35,190 nt of DNA from Octopus bimaculoides (GCF_001194135.2 NC_068985.1:14095382-14130571), one strand, 5' to 3'; positions 22,862-33,629 are shown, counted from the stretch's first letter. Program-made: numbers and translations. Notes: generated from the letters alone by a model not told the origin.

Positions 22862-23150
22862 TATGGAGAGTTTTCTTTCTTCAGTCGAGATCCAGATTAT
22901 CTTTGCAATTCCGGCTGGTTATTCTCGATATTGCTCTAATCTGGTCAGTCCCAAGGAAAAATGAAGCTAAGAGCATTAGATTCCTTGGAAGAAAGCAGCG
23001 AATGTATACAAAAACAAGGACGAAAAAAAACGAACAATGTTATACAAATACAGTAGGAATAATAACGGGACATAACAACAGATGTCTCTCGACTGGACGA
23101 ATAAAATTAAGCTGGCGTATATGGAAATAAGGCCTTACAGCCGGGAGACA
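22862..23150 (-). mobile_element. Unclassified dispersed repeat, copy 2
   Basis: Inverted homolog of 15960-16255. Confidence 0.7.
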
Positions 23151-23408
23151 AGATTTCACAGGCACGCACGTTGCACGCACAACGGTCGCCCCCAAAAAAG
23201 AAAGGTCAAGCTTGGCCAAACACCGGTCACATGGGAAGAGAAGAGAGAGCGGTAGAGGCAGAGAGACAAAAGAATTAGGGAGGGGCGAGAAGAAATGTCA
23301 GGGACACAGTGAAGTGAAAAGTGGAGGGAGAAGAGAAGGCAAGAAAATGTGAGCGAGGGGGAACGAAAGAATGAACAGTAGAATGAACGAATAAGGGTAT
23401 ATATATAT

Positions 23409-23828
23409 TGTTGTTGGCATCCTTTTGTCTCGGGAGACAATGGAATTGCGCATAAACTAATCCAGTCTGGTTTTTACATTTCATGTCCTCTCCAGTTTCC
23501 TCTCCGGTTTTGCGCAGGCCTGGGCTAGATGTAAGAAAATCCTGGGTAGCCCAATTGTCAGGATTCCTCTCTCGACCTTGCTGACGTAGTCCAAAGGAGT
23601 GCATAGCATTACGTTTGGCACCAGTATGGTTGCAGGAGCTGCCGGAAGAGTGTCGAGTCGAACACTAAACCGTCTACGGGGCTCCACTCCGGATTTATTT
23701 GAAGGTTGTCTCCTTAGAGTAACCCTAGATAGGGGCCAATACCGGGTACTGTCAGCCGGAGCCAGCCTAGCCCGGGACTCGTGTCAGGCAGGGTCGTCAC
23801 TCCCTGAAGTAATGACGAAAATCGCTAC
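23409..23828 (+). mobile_element. Probable RTE-like retrotransposon 5' region (non-coding)
   Basis: It starts after (TA)n with TTGTTGGCATCCTTTTGTCTCGGGAGACAATGG and contains TTTGGCACCAG..TGCAGGAGCTGCCGGAAG..CTCCACTCCGGATTT. I recall these motifs from RTE 5' ends; this is recall only. Confidence 0.35.
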
Positions 23829-24247
23829 CTACTACCTCCTCTAGGCACTTGATGTAGGCCTCCGTGTTGAGTTTGAGGCCGTGTGGGAAGATGAATGGAG
23901 GCATAATGGTGCCATCACTAGTGATCACTCCAAACACCATGATGTTCACTGGATGTTTGATATTTATCACTCTCGGTACATGTTTTGTGGGCACGGCAAG
24001 TCCTCAGATTGACACCCAAGCACTTTGAAATGTTCATATTGGAGCTTCCGGTGCAAATGCCAAGCAGTACAGCATATCGTTTCCAAATTTCTGGCAGAGT
24101 GAATTGCGTCATGGTGCTACTTTTCTCACAGACGGTGCCCAACTGCCCTACCATACTGCGTAGTCGACAAAATCAAAAACAAACAATGCGCATGCACGAA
24201 ATTAAAAAATATATAAAAGGGCGACAATTTACCCATCGCACCCTCTG
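23829..24247 (-). pseudogene. Internally deleted Tc1/mariner (maT/DD37D-like) element with left TIR
   Basis: TA followed by CAGAGGGTGCGATGGGTAAATTG at 24247. N-terminus MTQFTLPEIWKRYAVLLG..., then KHPVNIMVFGVITSDGTIMPPFIFPHGLKLNTEAYIKCLEEVV. Confidence 0.8.
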
Positions 24248-24284
24248 TATCTGTGTGTGTGTGTGTGTGTGTATGTGTGTGTAC

Positions 24285-25222
24285 ATAGCGTGCCAACAGA
24301 TAGCTGCACACGGTTGCGTGCACAGTGAGAGCTAGCAGTGACCTTCATGAGGCAGTGTGTTGAATGACATCACTTTGTTTACTTCACAAGTTGTGAAATT
24401 TGTGTTTTTGTGATCACGTGTATGCTGTAGTCTGCGATTTTGCCATGGACAGAAAGTAGCAACAAAGAGCCAACGTGAAATTTTGCGTTAAACTCGGGAA
24501 GTCTGATACAAAGACATTGATCATGCTTCGGCAAACTTACGGGGACGAGGCAATGGTTCGTACGCAATGTTTCGAGTGGCACGGGCGCTTCAAATGCGGA
24601 AGAACGTCCCTGGAAGACGATGAGCGATCTGGAAGATCTACCATGAGCGTCACCCTCGGAAATGTGGAGAAAGTTCATCAGCTTCTGCATGAGAATAGTC
24701 GGAGGATAATCAATGACATTGCTGATGTTGTTGGTCTGTCGTATGGGTCCGTGCAAGCAATCTAGGCGTCTGAATTGAACGTGTGACCTGTCTCTGCCAA
24801 GTTTGTCCCCCGCCTGCTGACCACTGAGTCAAAGTCTGTCAAGATCTCTGTCAGCATGCTGCTGATGACCCATCTTTCATATCGAGGATCATCACCGGTG
24901 ACAAGAGTTGGGTCTACGGGTACGACCCAGAGACGAAGTAGCAGTCGTCACAATGGAAGAGGCCTTCATCTTCACGACCGAGGAAGGCACGACAGAGCCG
25001 TAGCTCAATCAAGAACATGATCAACGTTTTTTTTTTTTTCGATATTCGCGGTATTATACGTTGAGAATTCGTCCCCCAGGGCCAGACCGTCAATCAAGAG
25101 TCCAACTGCAGCGTTTCGAAGCGTTTGAGGGAGAACATTAGGTGAAAGCGATTGGATCTGTGGAGCGCGAAAAATTGGACTCTTAACAACGACAATGCAC
25201 CATATCACCGAGCTCTTGCCAC
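24285..25222 (+). pseudogene. mariner transposase remnant (irritans-subfamily-like), 3'-truncated
   Basis: VKFCVKLGKS..QTYGDEAMVRTQCFEWHGRFKCGRTSLEDDERSGR, AKFVPRLLT, RIITGDKSWVYGYDPETK, EFVPQGQTVNQ, NDNAPYHRAL. Multiple stops. Confidence 0.92.
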
Positions 25223-25890
25223 TGAGTACTGGCAAGAGACTGTGGTATAGAAAACTGGTTTCGTCGAAGATCGAGGTTGGGTACCTGGTACACGGAGTGC
25301 CGCAAGGCTCTCCTCCAGTTTCGCAACTCGGGCAACGCCAGTAGTTTCGGTACCACCGCGGCTTACTATAGTAGGTTGGTAGAGGCAGGAAATGATGATG
25401 CCCTGGTAAGGACCCTGGGTTTCGATGATAATCAGTTAGACAGCCTGTTCCGAAGAACATTCCGGCCAAAGACACTAGATAACTTCCAAAAGTCTTTGGC
25501 CTGGCAGTGTTACCGAGGAGCCTTACCCGTTCTGGATAAGCTCACCAGACACGGCCACCTTGGGCCGTCGGCCTGTCAAAGATGCGAGCGGGACGTGGAA
25601 ACCGTCCTGCACGCTATTGTTCAGTGCCCGGGTATATCAGAAGTAGACTTATGCAGAACACCTGTTGTCAGACGGAAGAAGAATACAGCTATCGTCTGAG
25701 TCAATCCTAAAAATTAACCCACCAGATTTCCTTACGGAAGACGGTAAGAATTGTTTTCTCGTAGCAGTAGCAATTGCGAGAGAGGTGATATGGAAGTCGA
25801 GAATGAAAGGTATTGTGATAGACAGCTTTGTCTCTGGCCTCGCTCTGGAACAAGAATCGATGCGGGACAAGAATCGCTATTTCTACATCA
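25223..25890 (+). mobile_element. Tx1/L1-like LINE ORF2 C-terminal fragment with CCHC zinc finger
   Basis: LDNFQKSLAWQCYRGALPVLDKLTRHG..CQRCERDVETVLHAIVQCP, followed by ..AVAIAREVIWKSRMKG. Confidence 0.85.
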
Positions 25891-25989
25891 AGTAACTTTT
25901 CATCTGTGCGATACGATTGATAGCTCCGACGTGAGAACCTTACATTCGTACATTACATATGATGACTCTGTATATTACATTTGGTAACT

Positions 25990-27500
25990 TCAACGCAAGG
26001 AACATATCTTTCTGCTGCATTTCGTAACTCCGATGCAGACACACACCGGTCCATCACACACCCTTTCCACAAGAAACGAAAGAGCAGACATTTCAGATGA
26101 AAACCGGAACCAGGTACAACGATTAAGCAATAATAAATAACGGCCGCCGTGTATACGTTTCGAGGATTTCTTAATGAGACTAACCAACTTATCCATCTGG
26201 AAGTCTGACTCGAATTATACCTTAAACACCTCCAATTGATGCTGTTCGGTGTGGATATGCATCTGTTGGTGCTGAATTGCAAGCCTATCGACTTGACTTG
26301 GTTAATACCTGCTTTTGTAACTGACTCGCATTTCTCCAGTGTGCTATCGTCTGCTCCAATTTTCATGGTGTCTAATGCTATCACGATGCAGTCATCTGTG
26401 TATGTCAAACACAGTCTTCCTCTGATCTATATTTAGTGGGATGCTCTCAAACACTTGCAGATTCTGTAATAATGGCTCAAGAGACAAAACTAACAAGTGT
26501 GATGTAAGGAGAGGTCCTTGACCGTCGGTATGTATGGTTTGAAACAATTTCAATATGAAACCATTTACTCTGACTTCCGAGAATATACTGCTGTGTATTA
26601 AAATGATCCAGGTTGTGAAAACAGGACCGAAATCAAGTGCACTAATGTCTGCATTCCAAGTGGTTGGCTTTATAGGACTTGGTTTGAATCAAGTAGTCGG
26701 TCCCCAACTAGCGTCAAGCTTATTTTACATCCATCACTCATCTTATTTCATGAGGTGGAGGTTGTGGAGAGATCTGCGTCCGGCCACACTGCCCACGACA
26801 AGTGCTGACCAATTTGTGAGCGCCTTGTCAAAATATTGAATTCTGCATTCACCATCATCTATGGGTCGTTGATTTCCCCATTTTTTTGTGTTCTTTCTCA
26901 GTAGCACCAGCTCTCCCGAATAACACAGCTCTGAATGTTCTCTATCTGATAACAATTGTGGTAGACGCACCGCAATAGAAGGACGAACAAGTCTGACATG
27001 TTTTCATAAAGCTCGTAGGGTAGATCATCCAAATTAGATTTGCTAATCGTACCTCCACTCACAGCCGACTATACCTCACCCACTGTTATCGGATTTTGTC
27101 AAAGTTTTCTGGCGAAAACTGCAGCAGGTTGTCGTAGTAACTCTGACGCCATTGGTTCACTAGAAACCTCAGTCAGCTGTAGTGTTGCTGGAAATTTGCA
27201 TATATATTTCTAGAATCGAATAGTGTAAATAGTACACGATCATCGTAGTCTGTAAAAGACTGAATTGTGACTTTGTTCTCTTATCACATTTCTGACACTC
27301 AGGCCCAACGAACTGCTTCCGTTCCATGAAGTCTAAAAACATGTGTTTTCCCTCTGGTAACTCAGCCTTCGTGATTCACGTCGAAGAACTGGTAAGGCGT
27401 TGTTTTCGATGTTCGCATGTCAATCGTGATACCTTATCTAATTGTCTCTCCACATCTGCCAAATAGCTCCCATTCTAATCTATTTTTTCTTTCTCTCGAT
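25990..27500 (-). mobile_element. Heavily decayed Tx1/L1-like ORF2 (RT domain)
   Basis: Broken frames give SNLDDLPYELYENMSDLF, RSLHNLHLM, DFGPVFTTWI..SEVRVNG, GQGPLLTSHLLVLSLEPLLQNL, YTDDCIVI, GLQFSTNRC and AAVIYYCLIVVP..LLFRFLWKG. Confidence 0.75.
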
Positions 27501-28189
27501 CAGTGGCGGCTCGTAGATAAAATTAGTGGGGGTGCTGCTTCAGAAAATTTTTAGCCGTTGTTTTAATATTGTGTAAAAGGAAACGAGCATATAAAAAGAA
27601 TATTTATACATGAACTTGATCGGTTCACGTTTTAGCCACTGCCGGGTAGTGTGTTTAATTTGTTCACTGAACACCGCCGCGAATTCCCCTTTGTTTTTCA
27701 CCCCCCCCCCCTAAATCACAAAATAAGGGGCGGGGTGCCCTATTTTTCAAATCCTAGCAGCAACACTTAAGCTGGAAACAAGATAATATTCTAATTCTAC
27801 ACTTTATCACCTTCAAGAATATAAACACGTTTTTAAGCACGACACAAGCGGAGTCAAAAAGAAACACTACCTTTCACGCGGTACTGTCGCTCACGCAGTG
27901 CTCTCTATCTCTAGTGTGAAGCTTCCTATTTCGGACATATGTGCATGCGCACAACAGCCAAACACTGCGTCGCTGGAACTGTTCAGCACACAGTTCTATA
28001 CAAGGATTTTTGTATTTTTTTCATAAACTAGGAGATGGCTACTGACATTAAGCTTAATGATTATATAATATACAAGTATAATTAAAGGATTAACGAAAAA
28101 AGGACTAATTATATTGAATATTATCAATAATATCGAGTGGAAATAAGGGGTGCTGCAGTTCCACAGTGCCTATACACGAACCTCCACTG
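27501..28189. mobile_element. hAT-type MITE inserted into the decayed Tx1-like element
   Basis: TIRs CAGTGGCGGCTCGT and ACGAACCTCCACTG match at 12/14. The 8-bp TSDs CTCTCGAT and GTCTCGAT match at 7/8. GGGGTGCTG subterminal motifs are present. Confidence 0.85.
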
Positions 28190-28197
28190 GTCTCGAT

Positions 28198-28800
28198 ATT
28201 TCTTTACAATACCCTTTCGAATTAATTGTAATTTTATCCTTCAAAGAGTTCCATCACCAGTTCTAGTTCTCAAATCCGGTCACTTCAAACATTTCATAAT
28301 GTCAACTACTTCAGTTCTGGGGACCTGAGTTCCTCTATATGCATCGAAGCTACTGTGATCATACAGATTTATCAACCATAGGTCGCTGTTTTCACACATC
28401 CCTCTGACCGTAACTTTCGTGATATTGTACCCCTAAACTTTATTAGCGTGTGTCACATAAGCACTCACGGCCTCTTTGCTTCCTACACTTTCTTTAGCAC
28501 TATGTTTAGGGTGCTATAACCCCAGCACTGTCCGAAGTACACGACTTCATGCCGCACATCGATCAAGACGCTTTCGAAAACCTCACTCAGCATCATTATA
28601 TTTTACTAATCCTGTCTTTGAAAAAGCAGACGGGAATTTCGGTGCCCATGATAAACAAATTTCGTCTACTACGATCTATGTGTGTGCTTTTATGCACCAA
28701 GCTCCTAAATGAGAAGATCTCTCAAGACTAATAGCGCAGTGTTCGATGTTCTAACGAGACATCCATGGATATAAAGATTACCTTTTGGCATTAATACTGC
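28198..28800 (-). mobile_element. Probable upstream continuation (EN-RT linker) of the decayed Tx1-like element
   Basis: Reads ..NW*WNSLKDKITINSKGYCKEISR directly into the hAT TSD and resumes on the other side. Very degenerate. Confidence 0.45.
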
Positions 28801-28828
28801 TTCCGTCGCAATTAGGTTATAAAGGGAC

Positions 28829-29203
28829 CAGCAGAAACGTTAGCACGCCGGGCGAAATACTTAGCGGTATTTCATCTGTCGCTCGTTCTGAGTTCAAATT
28901 CCGCCGGGGTCGACTTTGCCTTTCATCCTTTCGGGGGTCGATAAATTAAGTAACAGTTACGCACTGGGGTCGATATAATCGACTTAATCCGTTTGTCTGT
29001 CCTTCTTTGTCCCCTCAGTATGTAGCCTCTTGTGGGCAGTAAGGAAATAAGAAACGTTAGCACGCCAGGCGAAATGCTTAGCGGTATTTCGTCTGTCTTT
29101 ACGTCCTGAGTTCAAATTCCGCCGAGGTCGACTTTGCCTTTCATCCTTTCGGGGTCGATTAAATAAGTACCAGTTACGCACTGGGGTCGATATAATCGAC
29201 TTA
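28829..29203 (+). mobile_element. SINE tandem multimer (family of 3480-3855), runs into a gap
   Basis: GAAACGTTAGCACGCC at 28834 and 29051; the two units are nearly identical. Confidence 0.88.
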
Positions 29204-29525
29204 NNNNNNNNNNNNNNNNNNNNNNNNNNNNNNNNNNNNNNNNNNNNNNNNNNNNNNNNNNNNNNNNNNNNNNNNNNNNNNNNNNNNNNNNNNNNNNNNN
29301 NNNNNNNNNNNNNNNNNNNNNNNNNNNNNNNNNNNNNNNNNNNNNNNNNNNNNNNNNNNNNNNNNNNNNNNNNNNNNNNNNNNNNNNNNNNNNNNNNNNN
29401 NNNNNNNNNNNNNNNNNNNNNNNNNNNNNNNNNNNNNNNNNNNNNNNNNNNNNNNNNNNNNNNNNNNNNNNNNNNNNNNNNNNNNNNNNNNNNNNNNNNN
29501 NNNNNNNNNNNNNNNNNNNNNNNNT

Positions 29526-29787
29526 TCGAAGTTATTTTATGTAAAAAATTGTCGTATTTCGGTAATTTCAACCAATCACTGACGTCTATTGAGGTGAAAA
29601 CAATTAATGCCGTAACCCTAACCCTAAAATCCGAACCCTAACCCTAAAACCCTAAACCCTTACTAGGGAATAATGATATAATTAAACATTTGACACCGAA
29701 CAGCAGTAACTGTATTTAGCTGAATAGACGTCAGTGATTGGTTGAAATTACAGAAATACGACAACTTTAACATGAAATAACTTGCGA
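29526..29787. mobile_element. MITE with TIRs of about 62 bp and internal (TAACCC)n-like repeats
   Basis: CGAAGTTATTTTATG...TCAACCAATCACTGACGTCTATT is mirrored by AATAGACGTCAGTGATTGGTTGA...AAATAACTTGCG. TAACCCTAACCCT repeats lie at 29613-29660. Confidence 0.8.
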
Positions 29788-30339
29788 TGTACAATTTTTT
29801 GTTAAGAAGGTTAAGAGAAGAAGTTGTTTTATATGACACATTCTACCAGTGTCCCAAGTTTGAAAGTGTTTGGTTAAGAAAACAATTGTTGCCCGTCAAA
29901 TCACAAAGATCCGGGCCTTGTGCCGAGAGTAGAAACGAATAATTAAGTTACACACACACACTCGGACACGTAATGCTAATCAAAGAGGATTGCTATAAAT
30001 ATATGAACTCACAAAAACCGCCAGAGTTAGCTGCCTAACACTTCGTCATTAGCGGCTTTACCTCAACCCCCTGGTGAGTAGCTGACATGATCGTTGTTAT
30101 GACATCAACATCTTTTGTGAGCAAATTAACAGAATACGTCAAGTAGGAATCACATGTGGGTTTACTATTTACTAAACAGCAGTCATAAACACAATCATAT
30201 AAATAAATGTGCTTGTATTTAGAATTTAAAAAAATAAAATAATGATTCCAAGAAAGATAACTCTTATAAAGATTGATATTCAAGTTTATAACAGTATTCT
30301 CCCTTAGATTTAATATATAATATAATATAATATATAATA

Positions 30340-30719
30340 CAGATATCGGTATTGTGTTTACAATTCACCCAAGACTAGGATCCCGTGCAATCCGTCCTCT
30401 ACAAAGCTCGAGATTACATTACATAAGAACATTGCGGCACAATTTCTTCACTGCAAATAGTCCTGCTCTTTTCAATGTTATCCCGAAAGAAATTAAAGTA
30501 GAAAAAGACCCCACAACTTTCAAACGGTACTTGGACCGGATAAAACACCTACATCTGGATATGTCTCAGCCAACAACAACTCTGCTTGAGTGGTCCATGG
30601 TGTCCCTAATGGTCCATGGTGTCCCGAAATAATTAACTAAAAGACTTTTCCAGGTGGTACTATTAAGTTAGTCAAGGCCTGGACCAATAATGGCCGGAAC
30701 CAGTTTAAGTTATCTAACT
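30340..30719 (+). mobile_element. 5'-truncated CR1-group LINE 3' end
   Basis: HPRLGSRAIRP..HYIRTLRHNFFTANSPALFNVIPKEIK..DPTTFKRYLDR parallels the C-terminus at 18132-18374. Flanked by (TATAA)n. Confidence 0.65.
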
Positions 30720-30763
30720 TATAATATAATATAATATATAATATAAAATACCATAATACAGTT

Positions 30764-31091
30764 GAGGTGCAATGGCCCAGTGGTTAGGGCAGCGGACTCG
30801 CGGTCTTAGGATCGCGGTTTTGATTCCCAGACCGGGCGTTGTAAGTGTTTATTGAGCAAAGACACCTAAAGCTCCACGAGGCTCCGGCAGGGGATGGTGA
30901 TGAACCCTTTTGTAATCTTTCACCACAACTTTCTCACTCTTTTTGTCACGCTGAATCTCCGCGAGAACTACGTTAAGGGTACACGCGTCTGTGGAGTGCT
31001 CAGCCACTTGCACGTTAATTTCACGAGCAGGCTGTTCTGTTGATTGGATCAACTGGAGTCCTTGTCGTCGCAACCGACAGAGTGCCACCAA
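30764..31091 (+). mobile_element. tRNA-derived SINE (head A, tail X)
   Basis: GAGGTGCAATGGCCCAGTGGTTAGGGCAGCGGACTCG...; collinear with 1-322 except for an internal deletion of about 55 bp. Confidence 0.88.
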
Positions 31092-31990
31092 TATAATATA
31101 AACGATTTAATTTAGACTGATTTTTTTTTCAAAGCTTTAGTGGTTTGTATTTCACTTATCAATTTGCTTAAGGAATAAGTTGTAGGCGCAGTTACCTCCC
31201 CTGATGATGGCTGCCTAATTAGCTGGCCAATAAAGGGCACACGCAACATTAAGATTCAGACACTCACCTCTTCCTTTTTTTTTTGCATCGAGACGCCAGA
31301 CTGTGAAGACGTGACCTAACTGGTTCTCTTACAACACACGGCGACTAGCATATAGGAGGCAACGCACAGGAAAAGATCATGGCCTCCACACGTCAAACCA
31401 TTTCCATTTACCATTCAGCTTGTATATATATATATATGAGGCCGGCATTAAAGATATTTAAGGTTACAGCCTTGTTCTATGTATTTCTTTGTTCTGTGTT
31501 CCTATAAAATGATATTACAGCCTTCTGAGTAGAGTCATATTTAGATGGCCCCACAACTATGATACAAACTGATCATCTAGAGAGTAATGCTTTTGATATC
31601 TCGTTATGAAATTAGGTCTTGATTTAAACAGCATGGTCGTGCATTAGAAGAATGATTACAGCAGCTTGTGATTGTCAGTTAGTGCCTTTTACATTCTGCG
31701 TTCAAAGCCCCACTAAGACCAACTTCCCATTTTATCTTCCAACAAAAAAAAAAGTGTAAGGGCAAATAAAATAAAGAACCATTGAAGTACTGGGTTTAAT
31801 TTGATACTAACTTACCCGAAACTGCTCCTGGTTCTATGTCACAAACTTCATTTTTTTAAAGTGATCTAAACTAAAACCATCCATCAAAATGTAACTCTAA
31901 GTTATGTTCCAAACATCAGATTTATAATGAAAAAGTCATTTTACAAAATTCTTCATCATTTTCCAAATTGACTGAAACAGACATAGACTT

Positions 31991-32150
31991 GGGCGTGGCT
32001 GTATGGTAAGAAGGTTGCTTCCCAGCCAAATGGTTCTGGGTTCAGTTCCACTGCGTGGCACCTTGGGCAAGTATCTTCTACTATAGCCTCAAGCCGACCA
32101 AAGCCTTGTGAGTGGATTTGATAGACGGAAACTGAAAGAAGCCTGTTGTA
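31991..32150 (+). mobile_element. SINE head and CORE-like segment (family of 11571-11953)
   Basis: GGCGTGGCTGTATGGTAAG..GGCACCTTGGGCAAGTATCTTCTACTATAGCC..GGAAACTGAAAGAAGCC. Confidence 0.85.
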
Positions 32151-32174
32151 TGTATATATATATATATAAAGCAC

Positions 32175-32371
32175 AATTCAAGCGTGGCAGATGCTAATGC
32201 TGCCTGATTGGCACCCGTGCCGGTGGCACATAAAAAGCGCCATTTGAGGTTGGTCAATGCCTGTGCCGCTTCACTGGCTCCCATGCTGATGGCACGTAAA
32301 AAGCATCATTCGAGCATGACAGATGCCGGCACCGCCTGACTGGCACCCGTGCTGGTGGCCCGTAAAAAGCA
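32175..32371. repeat. 66-bp tandem repeat, about 3 diverged units, runs into a gap
   Basis: TAAAAAGC recurs at 32231, 32297 and 32363. Confidence 0.85.
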
Positions 32372-33029
32372 NNNNNNNNNNNNNNNNNNNNNNNNNNNNN
32401 NNNNNNNNNNNNNNNNNNNNNNNNNNNNNNNNNNNNNNNNNNNNNNNNNNNNNNNNNNNNNNNNNNNNNNNNNNNNNNNNNNNNNNNNNNNNNNNNNNNN
32501 NNNNNNNNNNNNNNNNNNNNNNNNNNNNNNNATGAAATATTCAAACACTGAGATTTGAAGTTAGATGTCACTACTGTTCATATCATCTGTGGATAAATTC
32601 AAAATTTGATGATATCACCAGTAGTAGCATTGGTGGAGCGCAGTTATGATAGCTTTAAGGAGCTATGAAATATCGTAATGATGCTTAATGAGCATCTACC
32701 TGCTAGAAATAAGAGCCAAGTCTTAAATAATCCACTGTAGCGCACCAATGTAACAGTGAAAAACCGTATGCGAGGAAAACAAACCGAATTAAAACATTTA
32801 ACAACACAAATAAAAATATTATGCAATTACGGATATCCACAAACCAGGTTTCTGCTTTTGGTTATTCAACCTTGAGCTTCGTCAGTGTGGACCACCAGTT
32901 TAAATTCACGACTGTTCACGTTAGTCTCTGACTGTGCAACTGCTTTTGTTTTGCGCCAAAATCAGAACACATGGTGCGTAAAAATATTTAAATGAAATAT
33001 TCAAACACTATATATATATTTAGGATATT

Positions 33030-33310
33030 TGGCTCACAATCGTAAGGTCATGAGTTCAATTCCTGGCAGCGTGTTGTGTTCTTTAGCGAGGCATTTTATT
33101 TCTCATTGTTCCAGTCCATTTAGCTGGCAAAACTGAATTGTACTTGTATTTCAAAGGGCCAACTCTGTGACATTCTGAGTCATGCTGAATCACCCTGAGA
33201 ATTATGTGAAGGGTATATATATGTCTGTGGAGCACTCAGCCCACTTGTATGCTAATCTCACAAGCAGGCTGTTCCATTGATGTGATCAACTGAAATCCTT
33301 GTCGTCATTA
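33030..33310 (+). mobile_element. Older SINE with head/centre B and tail X
   Basis: GAGTTCAATTCC..TTGTGTTCTTTAGCGAGGCATTTTATTTC..TCCAGTCCATTTAGCTG is B-type. GTCTGTGGAGCACTCAGCC..AGCAGGCTGTTCC is tail X. Confidence 0.7.
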
Positions 33311-33332
33311 AAGCGAGAGGCTAATACATATA

Positions 33333-33522
33333 CTAGGGTGGCCAAAAGTCAGCCGACAGTAAATCAAGATTCCATAAATACGATCTGTAATTTTGTATTG
33401 ACTCGAATGGAAAAATGCTGTCCCTCAAGAAGGTCTTCAGTTTGAACAATTTTCATGATATTTCATATTTAGATGCTTTTATTAAATTCATTCAGTTGTT
33501 AAACATAAATAAATTTTGAAAT
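33333..33522 (+). mobile_element. Tc1/mariner-type MITE, right end missing
   Basis: AGGGTGGCCAAAAGTCAGC.. terminus; the interior is collinear with 34284-34492. Confidence 0.75.
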
Positions 33523-33531
33523 CATATATAT

Positions 33532-33532
<1 letters not shown>

Positions 33533-33566
<34 letters not shown>

Positions 33567-33629
33567 TTAACGTCTGCTTTCCATGCTAGCATGGGTTGGA
33601 CAATTTGACTGAGGACTGGTGAACCAGAT
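33533..33629 (-). mobile_element. RTE-type 3' tail with (GAT)n, rest in gap
   Basis: The minus strand reads ..CCAACCCATGCTAGCATGGAAAGCAGACGTTAAATGATGATGATG, which I recall as an RTE/RTE-SINE 3' end. Confidence 0.6.

Noticed and set aside
29613-29660. True telomere or chromosome-fusion scar
   Set aside because: There are only a few degenerate TAACCC units, they lie inside a MITE, and there is no head-to-head TTAGGG/CCCTAA array.
31196-31240. CTGATGA followed by a TGGC/GCCA stem
   Set aside because: There is no GAAA after the stem and no helix III.
31640-31985. Very degenerate SINE-core-like and possible MITE-like remnants
   Set aside because: Too eroded to define boundaries or family from this window.
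32175-32371. CRISPR-like periodicity of 66 bp
   Set aside because: The entire unit is homologous, with no repeat/unique-spacer alternation; there are no cas genes and the context is eukaryotic.
32532-33009. 18-bp direct repeat ATGAAATATTCAAACACT at 32532 and 32992 as a possible TSD
   Set aside because: The first copy abuts an assembly gap, and the intervening sequence has no tail, TIR or ORF. It may be an assembly artefact.
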